From assembly GCA_029262195.1 (NCBI GenBank), contig JAJCZX010000010.1:67352-131351 (forward strand): DNA of 64,000 nucleotides. The letters run 5' to 3'. The DNA comes from Gemmatimonadota bacterium (lineage in GTDB: Bacteria > Gemmatimonadota > Gemmatimonadetes > Gemmatimonadales > GWC2-71-9). The notes below the pieces were generated by a model. The model was not told the origin of the DNA, searched no databases, and saw only the letters and a program-made list of their open reading frames with translations. A program made the position numbers and the translations under genes. Of this stretch, positions 25,050 to 34,996 are shown in pieces. The first letter of the stretch is position 1, and each line of letters opens with the position of its first letter.

Positions 25050-26096
25050 ATGGAATTGAAAATTTCTTTTGTGCTGATCGGCGTTTTTCTTGTTCCTCTG
25101 AACGTGGCTTTCGGGAGACAAGCCCAGGGCCAGCAAACCTATCGGCTGGATTCCCCGATCGACGGCTTGGAGCTATTTCTCCGACGACAAGCCCCTGCGG
25201 GTGCGCCCCGCCACACTGTACTTATGGTTCACGGAGCTACCTTCCCCTCCGCCCTCGCCACGGGGTTCCGATTTGATGGACGGTCGTGGATGGACGAACT
25301 AACCGAGGCAGGCTTCGACACCTGGGCTCTCGATTTTCTCGGTTACGGCGAGTCGGACCGGTATCCTCAAATGTCCCTTCCGCCGACGGCAGGGACGCCG
25401 CTGGGTAGAGCCCCGGAAGCGGCTCAACAGATTCAGCGAGCGATCGAGTTCATTCGTTCACGAACCTCGAGTGATCGCGTTTCCATGGTAGCCCACTCAT
25501 GGGGTACAATGCCTGCCTCTTTGCTGGCGGCGCAACGCCCTGATCTCGTAGAGCGGTTAGTCCTCTTTGGTCCCATTGCTCCCCGCAATGGTGAGCTTGG
25601 CGAGGCCGAACCTTTCCCGGCCCACCACGAGGTTACCGAAATGGATCAACGAAGTCGTTTTCTTTCAGAGGTTCCCCAGGGGTATCCACGTGTTTTACTT
25701 GAGCGCCATCTCGTCGAGTGGTTGCTGGCATATATGTCGAGCGATTCGCTTTCCTACACACGCGAACCCCATTCTGTCCGGGTCCCGTTCGGCCCAATCG
25801 CAGACCTACTCGACCTGTGGTCCGGAAACGAATTCCCCTATCGGCTCGCCGACATTAAGGCACCTACGTTGATAGTGCGGGGTGAATGGGACACAGCTTC
25901 GTCAGACGAGGATACGAGAAATATTTTTTCAGGGCTTACGGCAACATCGACAAAGCGGCTTTCGACAATCGGTCGCGCGACGCACCTGATGCATCTAGAA
26001 ACCGGGCGTCACCAACTTTATCGTGACGTGGAGAGCTTCTTGGCGGGACCCGATGTTGATTCTTTGGTGGGTGGTGCGTTAGATGACGGGATATAG
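25050..26096 (+). CDS. alpha/beta hydrolase (secreted)
   Basis: Nucleophile elbow VAHSWGT. I prefer the start at ATG 25050, which gives the signal peptide MELKISFVLIGVFLVPLNVAFG. The ORF is open from 24975. Confidence 0.85.
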   Translation: MELKISFVLIGVFLVPLNVAFGRQAQGQQTYRLDSPIDGLELFLRRQAPAGAPRHTVLMVHGATFPSALATGFRFDGRSWMDELTEAGFDTWALDFLGYGESDRYPQMSLPPTAGTPLGRAPEAAQQIQRAIEFIRSRTSSDRVSMVAHSWGTMPASLLAAQRPDLVERLVLFGPIAPRNGELGEAEPFPAHHEVTEMDQRSRFLSEVPQGYPRVLLERHLVEWLLAYMSSDSLSYTREPHSVRVPFGPIADLLDLWSGNEFPYRLADIKAPTLIVRGEWDTASSDEDTRNIFSGLTATSTKRLSTIGRATHLMHLETGRHQLYRDVESFLAGPDVDSLVGGALDDGI

Positions 26097-26940
26097 GAGC
26101 CGGGACCTGAGAACCTTGCGATCTCTTCATCAGCGAGACGGCCTTTTCGTTCTACCGAACGCCTGGGATGTCTGTAGTGCGCGAATATTTGCGAAAGGGG
26201 AGTTTGGTGCCGTGGGCACGACAAGTGCCGGAATCGCTGCCAGTAATGGGTACTCCGATGGGGAAAAAATCCCCTTCCAACTCATGCTCGATTCGATAAG
26301 CGAAATCGTTGCAGGGATTGATGTTCCGGTAACTGCCGATCTCGAGGCAGGGTACTCGAAGAATGTGAATGAAATCGCCAAAAATGTGGTTAGGGTAGCT
26401 AAGACAGGCGTCGTCGGCATCAATTTAGAAGACAAACGCCCGGGGGACGGTTGCCTACTGTCGATCTCTGACCAGATTGAGGTGATTCGAGTGGTCCGTA
26501 ACATAACCGAGAGCTACGGGCTTTCACTCTTTATTAACGCCAGAACCGATGTTCTCTGGGGACACAACGATTCTTCGGCCACCACCATCGAAAATGTTAT
26601 CCGACGATGCGTGGCCTATTCCCGCGCTGGGGCAGATGGTGTCTTTGTCCCCGGGCTTTTGAAGGTTGAGCATATCGTTCAATTGCTACGAGAAATCGAT
26701 GTGCCTTTAAATGTTTTGGCGCTTCCGGGCGGCTCGGACATTGCCTGCCTCCAGGAACTGGGTGTGCGAAGGTTGAGCCTTGGGTCGGGCCCTATGCGCA
26801 TGGCCATGAGTGCTGTTGTATCCCTGACGCGGACGATAAAGGAATCGAAATCGTTTGATAAACTGTTCGCAGGATGTTTGACGTACGCCGAATTGAACGA
26901 TCTCTCCAGCGGAGGCCAATCCGCCCGAGAACACGAATAG
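26083..26940 (+). CDS. isocitrate lyase / PEP mutase superfamily protein
   Basis: 285 aa. LPNAWDVCSARIF…GTTSAGIAAS…PVTADLEAGY matches the ICL/PEPM TIM-barrel signature regions. Overlaps the upstream hydrolase gene by 14 nt. Confidence 0.85.
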   Translation: MTGYRSRDLRTLRSLHQRDGLFVLPNAWDVCSARIFAKGEFGAVGTTSAGIAASNGYSDGEKIPFQLMLDSISEIVAGIDVPVTADLEAGYSKNVNEIAKNVVRVAKTGVVGINLEDKRPGDGCLLSISDQIEVIRVVRNITESYGLSLFINARTDVLWGHNDSSATTIENVIRRCVAYSRAGADGVFVPGLLKVEHIVQLLREIDVPLNVLALPGGSDIACLQELGVRRLSLGSGPMRMAMSAVVSLTRTIKESKSFDKLFAGCLTYAELNDLSSGGQSAREHE

Positions 26941-27221
26941 TGAGCGAACCCCGGGTACTTCTCAAATCGTTGAGGCCGCAGGGGCGACGAACCGAACCTC
27001 GCAAGTAATTTTGGCCGTATGGGTGAGATCCTCGATGCCTCGACTTCGGATTCGTTTGTGGGGTTTACCGAGTTCGAGGAGGGGAAGACACACATGACCA
27101 CGCACCCAAATAAGGCTTTATGAGGCCGACCCCAGGCCTGAATTGAGACAGGTTTACGAAAACATGAAGATGCTGGCTAGCGGGGAGTCGATAATTTATT
27201 TCTAATGACATAGCGGATTTC

Positions 27222-27345
27222 GGCCACAGCGGTGGACATCCGGGCAACTAAAGTCGCTTTGGCAGGAACTTCAGTGGTGCTTTACTGTATATCCGATAAT
27301 GGATATATCCGCAAGTGGATGATATCTTCGTGGGGGACAAAAATA
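27222..27345 (+). repeat. conserved intergenic element, copy 2
   Basis: Homologous to 20799-20910. Contains the inverted repeat TATATCC-gataat-GGATATA (27289-27308). Ends ~35 nt upstream of the Kelch lipoprotein gene. Confidence 0.6.
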
Positions 27346-27379
27346 CGAACGATCATAACACCAAGCCTCGGGCTGAGAC

Positions 27380-28438
27380 ATGACTATCCTGGCAAATATT
27401 AATCGAAAATCCACTCCAATCGGGATTGGGGCCTTCTTTCTTCTCACCGTAGTAACAGCGAGCTGTTCCGCCGACGGCCAAACGCCGACCGACTCCGAGA
27501 CATATCCCGACGCTCGCGGATACGCTCAGTTGATTTCCCATCCGCCATCGGGCACCGTGATTCTTTTTGGTGGTGAAAGCAACCGCCGCTTCTCGTTCGA
27601 GGCGATCTGGTCGTATGACCCCGCCGAGGATACCTGGAAGCGATTCGACACTCCCGTGCATCCTGTGGCCGTCGGTGGAACAGCTGCTGCCTACGACGCC
27701 GAGTCGGATCGGATCGTTTTTGTTTTTAGTACCAGATTAGATTCCTCTGCTCCCCGGGGGTATGTGCGTTTGAGTGAAACCTGGGCCTTTGACGTGTCAT
27801 CTGGACAGTGGACGAAAATGAATCCGGATCCCGCCCCGTTTGGCCTGATGGGAGCCCGGATGTCTTATGACTCCGAATCGGACAGGATCATTCTTTTCGG
27901 GGGAGCTGATTTCACGAGTGATCCGGCGGAGTGGTTCAACACGACGTGGAGCTACGATTTCAACTCCAATTCGTGGACTGAGATGCCCAACGGGGGTAAC
28001 CCCCCGGGTCGCTCCTACTTCGGCATGGCTTATGACGAAAACGCGGACCGGGTTCTCGCTTTCGGCGGAAGCCCTGATGGGGTTGCGGCCAGCATGTGGT
28101 CCTACGATTACAACGAGAACAACTGGGAGAGCATTGAATATTCCGGAGATGCGCAACCGGATCACCACCCTTTCATGATGTATTCGCCTGACATGGATCG
28201 GATGCTCTACGTCGTCGGCGAGTCCTTTTCGGCTTTCGATTACAACACCAGATCGTGGACATCGCTGCCCTGGAGCCCCGATCTCGGGACAAGGTACTTC
28301 ACCGCTTTGGCTCCTGCACCGGGAACCGGTAACGTGGTGTTGTTCGGCGGCGGTCCGCGGGGGATGCAATACAACAACGATACCTGGGTTTATAATGCCG
28401 AATCAGGCTGGGAGCGGAGGGGTTCCGGCGACCGTTAG
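27380..28438 (+). CDS. Kelch-repeat lipoprotein
   Basis: 352 aa. Lipobox (VVTASC SADG). Repeated units of the form …FGG…W.YD….W… typical of Kelch beta-propellers. Confidence 0.85.
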   Translation: MTILANINRKSTPIGIGAFFLLTVVTASCSADGQTPTDSETYPDARGYAQLISHPPSGTVILFGGESNRRFSFEAIWSYDPAEDTWKRFDTPVHPVAVGGTAAAYDAESDRIVFVFSTRLDSSAPRGYVRLSETWAFDVSSGQWTKMNPDPAPFGLMGARMSYDSESDRIILFGGADFTSDPAEWFNTTWSYDFNSNSWTEMPNGGNPPGRSYFGMAYDENADRVLAFGGSPDGVAASMWSYDYNENNWESIEYSGDAQPDHHPFMMYSPDMDRMLYVVGESFSAFDYNTRSWTSLPWSPDLGTRYFTALAPAPGTGNVVLFGGGPRGMQYNNDTWVYNAESGWERRGSGDR

Positions 28439-28541
28439 GAACCAGGTTCTGGAGGCAAGTCCGCGTCCAGTCTGAATAAGTGTTGTTCCCATGACGGATC
28501 CGTGCTTGCATATTAGGCGGCAAACAACGGATAGGTGAATC

Positions 28542-29693
28542 ATGGCGCGCGACAGACGGGATTTCATAAAAACGACTGCTCTGGCAGGTGGTGCGTTTGC
28601 GTTCGGAGTTCCACGACCCCCGATAGTCCTGGAAGAGATTCTGGTGGACAAAAAACCGTCGCATCCCCTGGACATCCTGATACTTGGTGGAACGAGTTTC
28701 CTGGGCCCCCATCAGGTCGCGTACGCCCTGGGACGAGGACACAACGTTTCCATCTTCACCCGGGGGCGGACACAACCCACGGTCCACAAAAGACTGTTCA
28801 CTGAGGTTGAGCATCTGGTAGGAGACCGTGCCGACAATCTTTCGGCTCTCGAAGGCCGAACCTGGGATGCAGTTATCGACAATTCGGGCAACAGAGTGAC
28901 CTGGACCAGGGATTCCGCCAGCCTTCTCGCCGACACGGTGGGCCACTACCTCTACACGTCTTCCACCGGTGTTTACTACCCCTACCTCGGTTCTGACATC
29001 CGGGAGGATCAGGAGTTGGTACGCGAAGTCCCGGGCGGTCTCGACGAAGTGCGGCAGATGGAGTACGACTACGGAGTCATGAAGGCCAATTCGGAGACTG
29101 AAGCGCGACGTGTTTTTGGTAACGACCGAGCAATAGTGGTGCGGCCCACTTATATGATGGGGCCGGCCGATCGGACCGATCGTTTCCCTTACTGGCCCGT
29201 CCGGCTCGATCGAGGTGGAGAAGTGATGGTGCCCGGCAACCCGCATGATCCGGTCCAGTACATCGACGTGCGTGATGTGGCTGAATTCATGATTCGACTT
29301 GTCGAGAACCGGACAGGCGGGACCTTCAATGCGGTTGGACCTGCCTCCCCAACCGGCATGCGGGAATTTGTGTTCGGAGCGCACGCGGCGTTTTCGTCCC
29401 CGGTGGACTGGATCGCAATTCCCGACTACGAGTTCCTGAAGGAACACCATGTCCTGGACGCGATACCGTGGATCATGCCCGTTGATGAGAACTTCGGCTC
29501 GGCCCGAGTGGATAATAGACATGGGATTGCGAACGGATTGACGTTCAGGCCGTTGGCCGAAAGTTGCCGAGACATTCTGGAATGGTGGAATTCGGATGCC
29601 GTTACCGAAGAACGTCGTCAAAACATGCTACGCGGCGAAGGTTCTTTGATGGCCCGTGAACCTGAAATCATTGCCGCTTGGAGGGCGCGATAG
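28542..29693 (+). CDS. NAD(P)-dependent epimerase/dehydratase-family protein with twin-arginine signal
   Basis: 383 aa. Tat-type N-terminus MARDRRDFIKTTALAGGAFAFG. Rossmann motif ILILGGTSFLG. Confidence 0.85.
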   Translation: MARDRRDFIKTTALAGGAFAFGVPRPPIVLEEILVDKKPSHPLDILILGGTSFLGPHQVAYALGRGHNVSIFTRGRTQPTVHKRLFTEVEHLVGDRADNLSALEGRTWDAVIDNSGNRVTWTRDSASLLADTVGHYLYTSSTGVYYPYLGSDIREDQELVREVPGGLDEVRQMEYDYGVMKANSETEARRVFGNDRAIVVRPTYMMGPADRTDRFPYWPVRLDRGGEVMVPGNPHDPVQYIDVRDVAEFMIRLVENRTGGTFNAVGPASPTGMREFVFGAHAAFSSPVDWIAIPDYEFLKEHHVLDAIPWIMPVDENFGSARVDNRHGIANGLTFRPLAESCRDILEWWNSDAVTEERRQNMLRGEGSLMAREPEIIAAWRAR

Positions 29694-31082
29694 ATGAATG
29701 CTCTTAGGGGTGAGAGACCACTGTCTATGAAGTCTTTCCTTGTTTTTGCGACGCTGATCGCGGTGGCCAGTCTTTCGACCATCGGCAAAGCACAAGCTCA
29801 AGAACGTCCGTTCGGGAGCCTGAGGGATCAGGCAGTCCTGCAACAACGTTGGCTGGAGGAGCGCCTTGAAACCGTCCTTCCCGGTTTAATGCGAGAACAC
29901 GGTGTGTCGATGTGGGTCGTTCCCATGCGTGAATACAATGAGGATCCGGTTTTCCGAACTCTGGTTTCGCCTACGACCTTTGCGGCGCGGAGGCGCACTA
30001 TTTACATCTTTTATGATCGTGGGGTAGGAGAGGGAGTTGAGCGCATCGCGTTGGGTGGTACCTCCCAGGGTGGAGCTTATCAGGCAGTGCGCGGTACGCA
30101 AGAAACACCTGACGGCAGGCGACAGGAATTGTGGGGTGCAGACCAGTGGCGCCTCTTCGCTGATGTCGTGCGGGAAAGGGACCCGGCCAACATCGCCGTG
30201 AATATCTCCCACGAGTTGAGTTTTGCTGACGGGCTCTCGGCCGGTGAGTGGGAGCAGATGCAAGCAGCGCTGGGGCCAGAGTTGTTGGCGAGAGTTGTAC
30301 GGGCGGATCTTCTTCCGGTGGACTACATGGCGACGCGTGTGCCCGACATGTTGCCTGTCTTTCGGCGCATGACGGAGCTTGTGTACGAGATCATCGGCAC
30401 CGCGTTTTCTAACGAAGTGATTATACCGGGAGTGACGACTACCGAAGATGTCGTTTGGTGGATGCGGCAGCGCGTCAACGACCTCGGCCTTGGTAGCTGG
30501 TTCCAACCGTCGGTGGAGGTGCAAAGGCGGGGTGGGCTCTCGGAGGACCAGAGCGGTTCCACTGTGATACTGCGAGGAGACGTTTTGCATTGCGACTTCG
30601 GCATCGTTGCACTGGGCCTTCATACTGACACCCAACACATGGGCTACGTCCTCCGAGTTGGCGAGAGCGATGCGCCGGAGGGTCTCAAACGTGCACTCGT
30701 TAACGCCAATCGTCTTCAGGACATTACCATGGACGAGATGACTGTCGGTCGTACGGGAGATGAGGTGCTCGCTGCCGCGTTGGCGAGAATGAATGAGGTC
30801 GGGATTGACGGTTCAATTTATTCTCATCCGGTTGGAGATCACGGGCATGCTGCGGGTGGTTTAATCGGTTTGTGGGATCGGCAGGATGGTGTGCCTGACC
30901 GGGGACAGGTGCCCCTGCGTCCATCTGTCTACTGGTCCATAGAGTTACAGGCCACTACCGCGATGCCGGAATGGGGTGGGCAACGAGTACGGATGGCTTT
31001 GGAAGAGGACGCCGAACAGACGGCGGAGGGGCCAATGAGATGGATTGTTAAACGTCAGACTGAGTTTCACATAGTTCGGTAG
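29694..31082 (+). CDS. M24-family metallopeptidase (Xaa-Pro aminopeptidase/creatinase-like), secreted
   Basis: 462 aa. Signal peptide from the second Met (MKSFLVFATLIAVASLSTIGKAQA). Pita-bread-fold metal-ligand regions (HCDFGI…, HPVGDHGHAAG, ELQ). Confidence 0.85.
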   Translation: MNALRGERPLSMKSFLVFATLIAVASLSTIGKAQAQERPFGSLRDQAVLQQRWLEERLETVLPGLMREHGVSMWVVPMREYNEDPVFRTLVSPTTFAARRRTIYIFYDRGVGEGVERIALGGTSQGGAYQAVRGTQETPDGRRQELWGADQWRLFADVVRERDPANIAVNISHELSFADGLSAGEWEQMQAALGPELLARVVRADLLPVDYMATRVPDMLPVFRRMTELVYEIIGTAFSNEVIIPGVTTTEDVVWWMRQRVNDLGLGSWFQPSVEVQRRGGLSEDQSGSTVILRGDVLHCDFGIVALGLHTDTQHMGYVLRVGESDAPEGLKRALVNANRLQDITMDEMTVGRTGDEVLAAALARMNEVGIDGSIYSHPVGDHGHAAGGLIGLWDRQDGVPDRGQVPLRPSVYWSIELQATTAMPEWGGQRVRMALEEDAEQTAEGPMRWIVKRQTEFHIVR

Positions 31083-31340
31083 GCTCTGGGTGCCGGGCGT
31101 TGGGAGAGCAACGTCAAAAACTTTCGCACTCCATCCTGGTGCCGAAGATTCTTCCGCGCATGCCCGCACGACTCATGGATTCCTCCATGGCGGTTGTGCC
31201 TCCCGATCTGGCGATCATCCCATCTCCTCTTCCCGAGTGGTGTGCCATTCAGGGTGACGCTTTTTCAGGGCCTGAAGCCTTATCCCTTGACATTCTATGG
31301 GTGGAAAGATATTCTCCAGTAGACATTCTACTGGAGAAAG

Positions 31341-31673
31341 ATGCCACGAGAGAAAACCGCCCTGCTGCAGGGCACGCTGGACATGCTCATCCTCAAGGCT
31401 CTGGATCGTGAGGCGAAACACGGGTATTCTGTGGCCCGTACGATTGAGCAAGCCACTGACGACGTGCTGAGTGTGGACGAGGGGTCTCTCTACCCGGCGT
31501 TGCACCGCATGGAAAGGAAGAAATGGATCGAATCTTCCTGGGGACTTTCTGAAAACAACAGGCGGGCCAAATTTTACGAAGTCACCAACATGGGGCGAAA
31601 ACAATTGTCAGTTGAAACTTCAGAATGGACCCGCTACTCCCACGCAATCGAACAGATGTTGCACACACCGTGA
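31341..31673 (+). CDS. PadR-family transcriptional regulator
   Basis: 110 aa. LDMLILKAL…HGYSVARTIEQ…GSLYPALHRMERKKWIES is canonical PadR sequence. Confidence 0.93.
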   Translation: MPREKTALLQGTLDMLILKALDREAKHGYSVARTIEQATDDVLSVDEGSLYPALHRMERKKWIESSWGLSENNRRAKFYEVTNMGRKQLSVETSEWTRYSHAIEQMLHTP

Positions 31674-34354
31674 AGGGCACCCGAGATAGTAAGGTACGAC
31701 TTCCGCTCTGGTTGAGGAGAATCGTCTTGCGCCGTAAACTGGCACGAGACATCGATGAAGAACTTCGGTTCCATCTCGACATGAGGGCTGAAGAATATTC
31801 TCAGGAAGGTCGAGGAGCAGCACGCCGCAAGGCGCTACAGCGTTTCGGGGACTTCAAGTTAGTTGTGGAAGCATGTCGATCTGCTGGTAAACTGCCGCCA
31901 CCCCCTGGTACAAACGAATCAGCAATTGCACGCTTGTTATCGAGGTTTGGGGTTTCGATGATAGACGTGAGGTTGGGGGTGCGAATGTTGACGAAGCATC
32001 CAGGTTTGACGGGCGCGGCGGTTTTCGCCCTCGCCGTCGGTATACCTGTCGGGTTGGCCCCTATGCATGCCGCGCGGATGTTCGAGGCTGATCCCCCGTT
32101 TGAAGAAGGACGCCGAGTACGGATTCTCAAGAACCTGGATGCCGGAAGTGCCAATTGGGTACCGTCGTCGTTGCAAGAATTTTTCCAATGGAGTGATGCA
32201 CTGTCGACCTTTGAAGCGCTCGGCGTTACGAAAGGGTCTCTGTACAACATCATCTCAGATGACGGGTTGGCCGAACCGGTTCCCGGCGCCGTCGTATCTG
32301 CTTCAACGTTTAATATTCTGAGAATTTTACCGCAAATGGGGCGCACACTTGACCCTTCGGACGAGTTGATTGGAGGTCCGGAAGTGGTGGTGATCGGACA
32401 TGCGGTGTGGAAATCTCGCCTTGACGGGGATCCTGACGCCATTGGCCGGACAATCCGAATCGGAGGAGTCCCACACACAGTGGTCGGTGTTATGCCGGAA
32501 GGATTTCTCTTTCCCTTTCGTGAAGGTCTGTGGTTACCACTGCGGACCAACAGGCTTGATGAGACGCTTCTAAAGGCCAGGGGCTATCTCGTGTTCGGGC
32601 GTTTGGCGGATGGAATCTCCCTGCATCAAGCTCAAGCCGATCTCAGTGTGGTTGGTCGCCGTATGGCGGTTGAGTCTCCGGAAACGCATGCGCTGCTTCA
32701 ACCGGAGGTCGTGGCTTTTACAAAGGGACTTTTCGGAATTAGAGGCGGCTTACAGAAGGAGCAAGGATTCTACGCGTTCCAGGTACTGGCACTGCTGATA
32801 CTGGTGGTCGCGTGTGCTAATGTCGGAATGTTGATTTTTACCCGCACGGTGGCGCGGTCAGGGGAGTTGGCGGTGCGCACTGCATTGGGGGCCAGTCGCG
32901 CGCGGGTTGTAATGCAATTGTTTGTCGAATCCCTTGTGCTGGCCGTTCTGGCGGCAGGGGTCGGACTTTTGGTGGCGGACCAGATCTCGTCGAGCCGTTT
33001 TGACATGATTGCTGATGTTTCGCCTCCCTGGTTCGATCTGGGAGTGACACGATGGACCGTGGCCTGGGCGTTTTCTCTAGCGGTTTTGAGCGCCGGTGTT
33101 ATGGGGGTCGTTCCGGCTTTGAAGGTGACGGGCAAAAAGGTTCGGAGGCACATCCTTGGCGCTGGCGAGGGACGCTCCGGTGTGCGTTTCGGCGCACTGT
33201 CCAGCGCACTCACGATCGCAAACGTGACGCTTGCGGTGGCAACAGTGCCCCTGGCTGTAGGAGTGGTCGATGGATTGACTGAGACACAAGAAGGAACCAC
33301 GTTCGAAGCAGACCAGTTTCTGTCGGCACGACTCCGAATGCCGCACACGGAACCGGCACGAGCCAGCGCAATTCGACTCGAGTTGATCCGGCGCCTTGAG
33401 GCCGAACCGGGAATTCGCGGTGTTGCAGTTGGGACCTCCTTGCCAGGGATGGACCACCCAAGCGGGAGGATCGAACTGGATCTTGATGACGATTCGAGCG
33501 ATCCCAGGGGTCGGCGCGTTTCTAGCGTGCACGTCAACGTCGGGTATTTCGACGGGTTGGACCATCCGATTCTAGCCGGGCGAGGATTCGAGTATGCCGA
33601 TCTGAGCGGAGATCGCTCGGCCGTTATCGTCAACACCAACTTTGTAAACAACGTTCTTGGAGGCCGCAATCCGTTGGGGATGCGTGTTCGGTACGTGACC
33701 AGGCCGACTGGCGGGCAGACTGAGCCATGGCTGGAAATAGTGGGTGTCGTCGGTTCTTTTGCAGCGATTGACGCAGGGCTTTTTCATGTCCTTCCTCCCG
33801 AGGAAACTGAGCGGGTGTTACTTGCCGTTCATGTCGGTGACGAACCAGAGTCATTCATACCTCGAATGCGCGCACTCGCTGCCGAAGTGGATCCCGCTGT
33901 GATCATATCTCGTCCAATGGCGTTAAATGAGGTGTTCTCTTTCGCGGTGTACGTGACAGATTGGATCACTTGGGGCGGTCGAATCTTGACTGGGATTTTA
34001 CTGGCGCTGTCGGTGTCGGGGATTTATGCGATAATGTCCTTTACGGTCGTTGAACGGACGTCGGAAATCGGTATCCGGATTGCATTAGGGGCGCAACGAA
34101 GCTCAATCGTGTTAAATGTCGCAAAGCGAGCCTTGGTTCAGCTTTTCGCGGGCATCGTGATCGGAGTGACGATAGCTCTCGGGCTGCTAACCGTGCTTAA
34201 GGGTGGCGGTGCGATTCCGACCCAATCTCCGTTGGTTATGGCCACTGCGCTCGGGTTGGGCGTCACAGTTTTGATCGGGGTATTGGCCTGCACAGCGCCG
34301 ACGCTTCGAGCGCTGAGGATAATGCCGACCGAAGCGCTCCGCGGTGATGGGTAG
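31670..34354 (+). CDS. FtsX/MacB-type duplicated permease (ADOP family)
   Basis: I prefer the start at GTG 31670, which overlaps the PadR stop (GTGA). N-terminal prefix (DIDEELRFHLDMRAEEY), two FtsX repeats, and the C-terminal tail APTLRALRIMPTEALRGDG. Confidence 0.9.
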   Translation: MKGTRDSKVRLPLWLRRIVLRRKLARDIDEELRFHLDMRAEEYSQEGRGAARRKALQRFGDFKLVVEACRSAGKLPPPPGTNESAIARLLSRFGVSMIDVRLGVRMLTKHPGLTGAAVFALAVGIPVGLAPMHAARMFEADPPFEEGRRVRILKNLDAGSANWVPSSLQEFFQWSDALSTFEALGVTKGSLYNIISDDGLAEPVPGAVVSASTFNILRILPQMGRTLDPSDELIGGPEVVVIGHAVWKSRLDGDPDAIGRTIRIGGVPHTVVGVMPEGFLFPFREGLWLPLRTNRLDETLLKARGYLVFGRLADGISLHQAQADLSVVGRRMAVESPETHALLQPEVVAFTKGLFGIRGGLQKEQGFYAFQVLALLILVVACANVGMLIFTRTVARSGELAVRTALGASRARVVMQLFVESLVLAVLAAGVGLLVADQISSSRFDMIADVSPPWFDLGVTRWTVAWAFSLAVLSAGVMGVVPALKVTGKKVRRHILGAGEGRSGVRFGALSSALTIANVTLAVATVPLAVGVVDGLTETQEGTTFEADQFLSARLRMPHTEPARASAIRLELIRRLEAEPGIRGVAVGTSLPGMDHPSGRIELDLDDDSSDPRGRRVSSVHVNVGYFDGLDHPILAGRGFEYADLSGDRSAVIVNTNFVNNVLGGRNPLGMRVRYVTRPTGGQTEPWLEIVGVVGSFAAIDAGLFHVLPPEETERVLLAVHVGDEPESFIPRMRALAAEVDPAVIISRPMALNEVFSFAVYVTDWITWGGRILTGILLALSVSGIYAIMSFTVVERTSEIGIRIALGAQRSSIVLNVAKRALVQLFAGIVIGVTIALGLLTVLKGGGAIPTQSPLVMATALGLGVTVLIGVLACTAPTLRALRIMPTEALRGDG

Positions 34355-34460
34355 AAGTTCGCGAAGCTCTGGTCAGACCACCGATTTTCAAAACGGAGTA
34401 GTACCTAGGTTGTTGTGGCGAAATCAGAATCCAGGCTGCGCTCGAATCGAGAACCCACTT

Positions 34461-34490
34461 GTACAATATATCCGCACGGATATATTGTAC
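34461..34490 (+). promoter_or_regulatory. perfect palindromic operator overlapping a leaderless-type promoter
   Basis: GTACAATATATCCG-ca-CGGATATATTGTAC has 14-bp perfect arms. TTGTAC (34459-34464), 16 nt, TATATT (34481-34486), 6 nt, then the ATG at 34493. Confidence 0.55.
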
Positions 34491-34492
34491 CT

Positions 34493-34996
34493 ATGAACCC
34501 CATAAAATCTCTGAGGGACAAAGCATCTATCACTCAGGCCCAACTCGCCGAGTCTGGGGCAACGTCTCAACCCACCGTGGCGGCATACGAATCTGGACGG
34601 AAGAGCCCCACCATCAACACTGTGGTGCGGCTTGCGGGTTCGGTGGGTTTAGAACCGTCGATCGAATTCCATCCGCCTATGACGAGAGAAGATCGACGCT
34701 CACTGAGTTTGCATCGTGCAATCGCTCAACGTCTCATGGAGGGGCCAGCCGAGGTGCTTACTCTTGCGCGGGAGAATCTTGCCAGGATGAATGCTCGCGC
34801 GGGAGAATCTGCGTGGCTGAAGGAGTGGGACTTGTTGCTCGCACGCCCGGTTGACGCCCTGTTGCCGGTTCTCGCTGACAGGAGTCCCTGGGCAAGGGAG
34901 TTGCGGCACGTCACTCCATTTGCCGGTGTGTTGTCAGCGGCGGAGCGTGCCGCTGTGTACGCTGGGTTCCGGGAAAAGGAGTTTGATTCCTGGTGA
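34493..34996 (+). CDS. XRE-family HTH protein (putative antitoxin/regulator)
   Basis: I prefer the start at ATG 34493, immediately after the palindrome. HTH: ITQAQLAESGATSQPTVAAYESGRKSPTINTVVRLA. The stop overlaps the next gene's GTG (GTGA). Confidence 0.8.
   Translation: MNPIKSLRDKASITQAQLAESGATSQPTVAAYESGRKSPTINTVVRLAGSVGLEPSIEFHPPMTREDRRSLSLHRAIAQRLMEGPAEVLTLARENLARMNARAGESAWLKEWDLLLARPVDALLPVLADRSPWARELRHVTPFAGVLSAAERAAVYAGFREKEFDSW

Noticed and set aside
27289-27308. TATATCC-N6-GGATATA in intergenic element copy 2 resembles the XRE operator TATATCC-N4-GGATATA at 34465-34486, suggesting a shared regulon
   Set aside because: The half-site spacing differs by 2 bp. The palindrome is not conserved in element copy 1, and the AT-rich 7-mer could recur by chance.
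28299-29621. 440-aa minus-strand ORF antisense to the Tat-signal epimerase-like gene (and 29886-30638 antisense to the M24 gene)
   Set aside because: The plus-strand frames have a Tat signal, a Rossmann GxxGxxG and M24 metal-ligand motifs. The antisense products have no recognisable features.
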